A stretch of 64,000 nt of DNA from Bispira polyomma (taxonomy: Eukaryota): positions 3,658,001 through 3,722,000 of the forward strand of contig OZ287761.1 of the NCBI GenBank assembly GCA_965649765.1. Direction: 5' to 3'. Under the pieces are notes generated by a model that ran no database searches, was not told the origin of the DNA, and was given only the letters and a program-made list of their open reading frames with translations. How positions within the stretch are numbered: position 1 is the stretch's first letter; every line of letters starts with the position of its first letter. Shown one piece after another: positions 63,746 to 64,000 of this stretch. The translations under genes were made by a program, and so were the position numbers.

Positions 63746-64000
63746 TGGCTTCTGAGAACTACAGCCTGTAAACTAGTAAAACTAATCCAGCCACCCACCC
63801 ATCCGAACGACCTGGATGTAAACAATACCCCATAGCCAATACAGTACCACCTCTATTTTACGGACATCTTGGGTGAGTGAGAATTTATTTGGATAATAGA
63901 AGGTCCGTAAAATAGAAGTGGCATTTTAGTATGAAACATAGCAAAAAATAAGTTTGGGAGAGTGAAATTTAATCCACAAAAACGAATATTCAGATAATAG

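Overview
Eukaryotic (lophotrochozoan, probably molluscan) AT-rich genomic DNA. The whole window lies inside one giant minus-strand muscle gene of the titin/sallimus(kettin)/I-connectin class; neither its start nor its main 3' end is in the window. I traced 42 exons by hand with GT-AG boundaries and matching intron phases. They encode kettin-type Ig domains (54.9-58.1 kb), a run of I-set Ig domains (16-49 kb), two large Ig+unique-sequence exons (one apparently an alternative terminal exon), a 4053-nt exon of acidic 45-aa E/V/T/P-rich repeats, and ten 135-nt phase-0 exons that each encode one such repeat. Introns carry tRNA-derived SINEs, several MITE families and a LINE tail. The most unusual signal is that about half of the 30 exons between 14.6 and 62.2 kb are flanked by same-orientation, degenerate 'echo' copies of their own splice junction (exon edge plus donor or acceptor). 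These range from single copies to an array of about 25 units, and many differences are CpG-type transitions away from the exon sequence. Exon coordinates were read by eye and may be off by a few bases; repeat boundaries are approximate.
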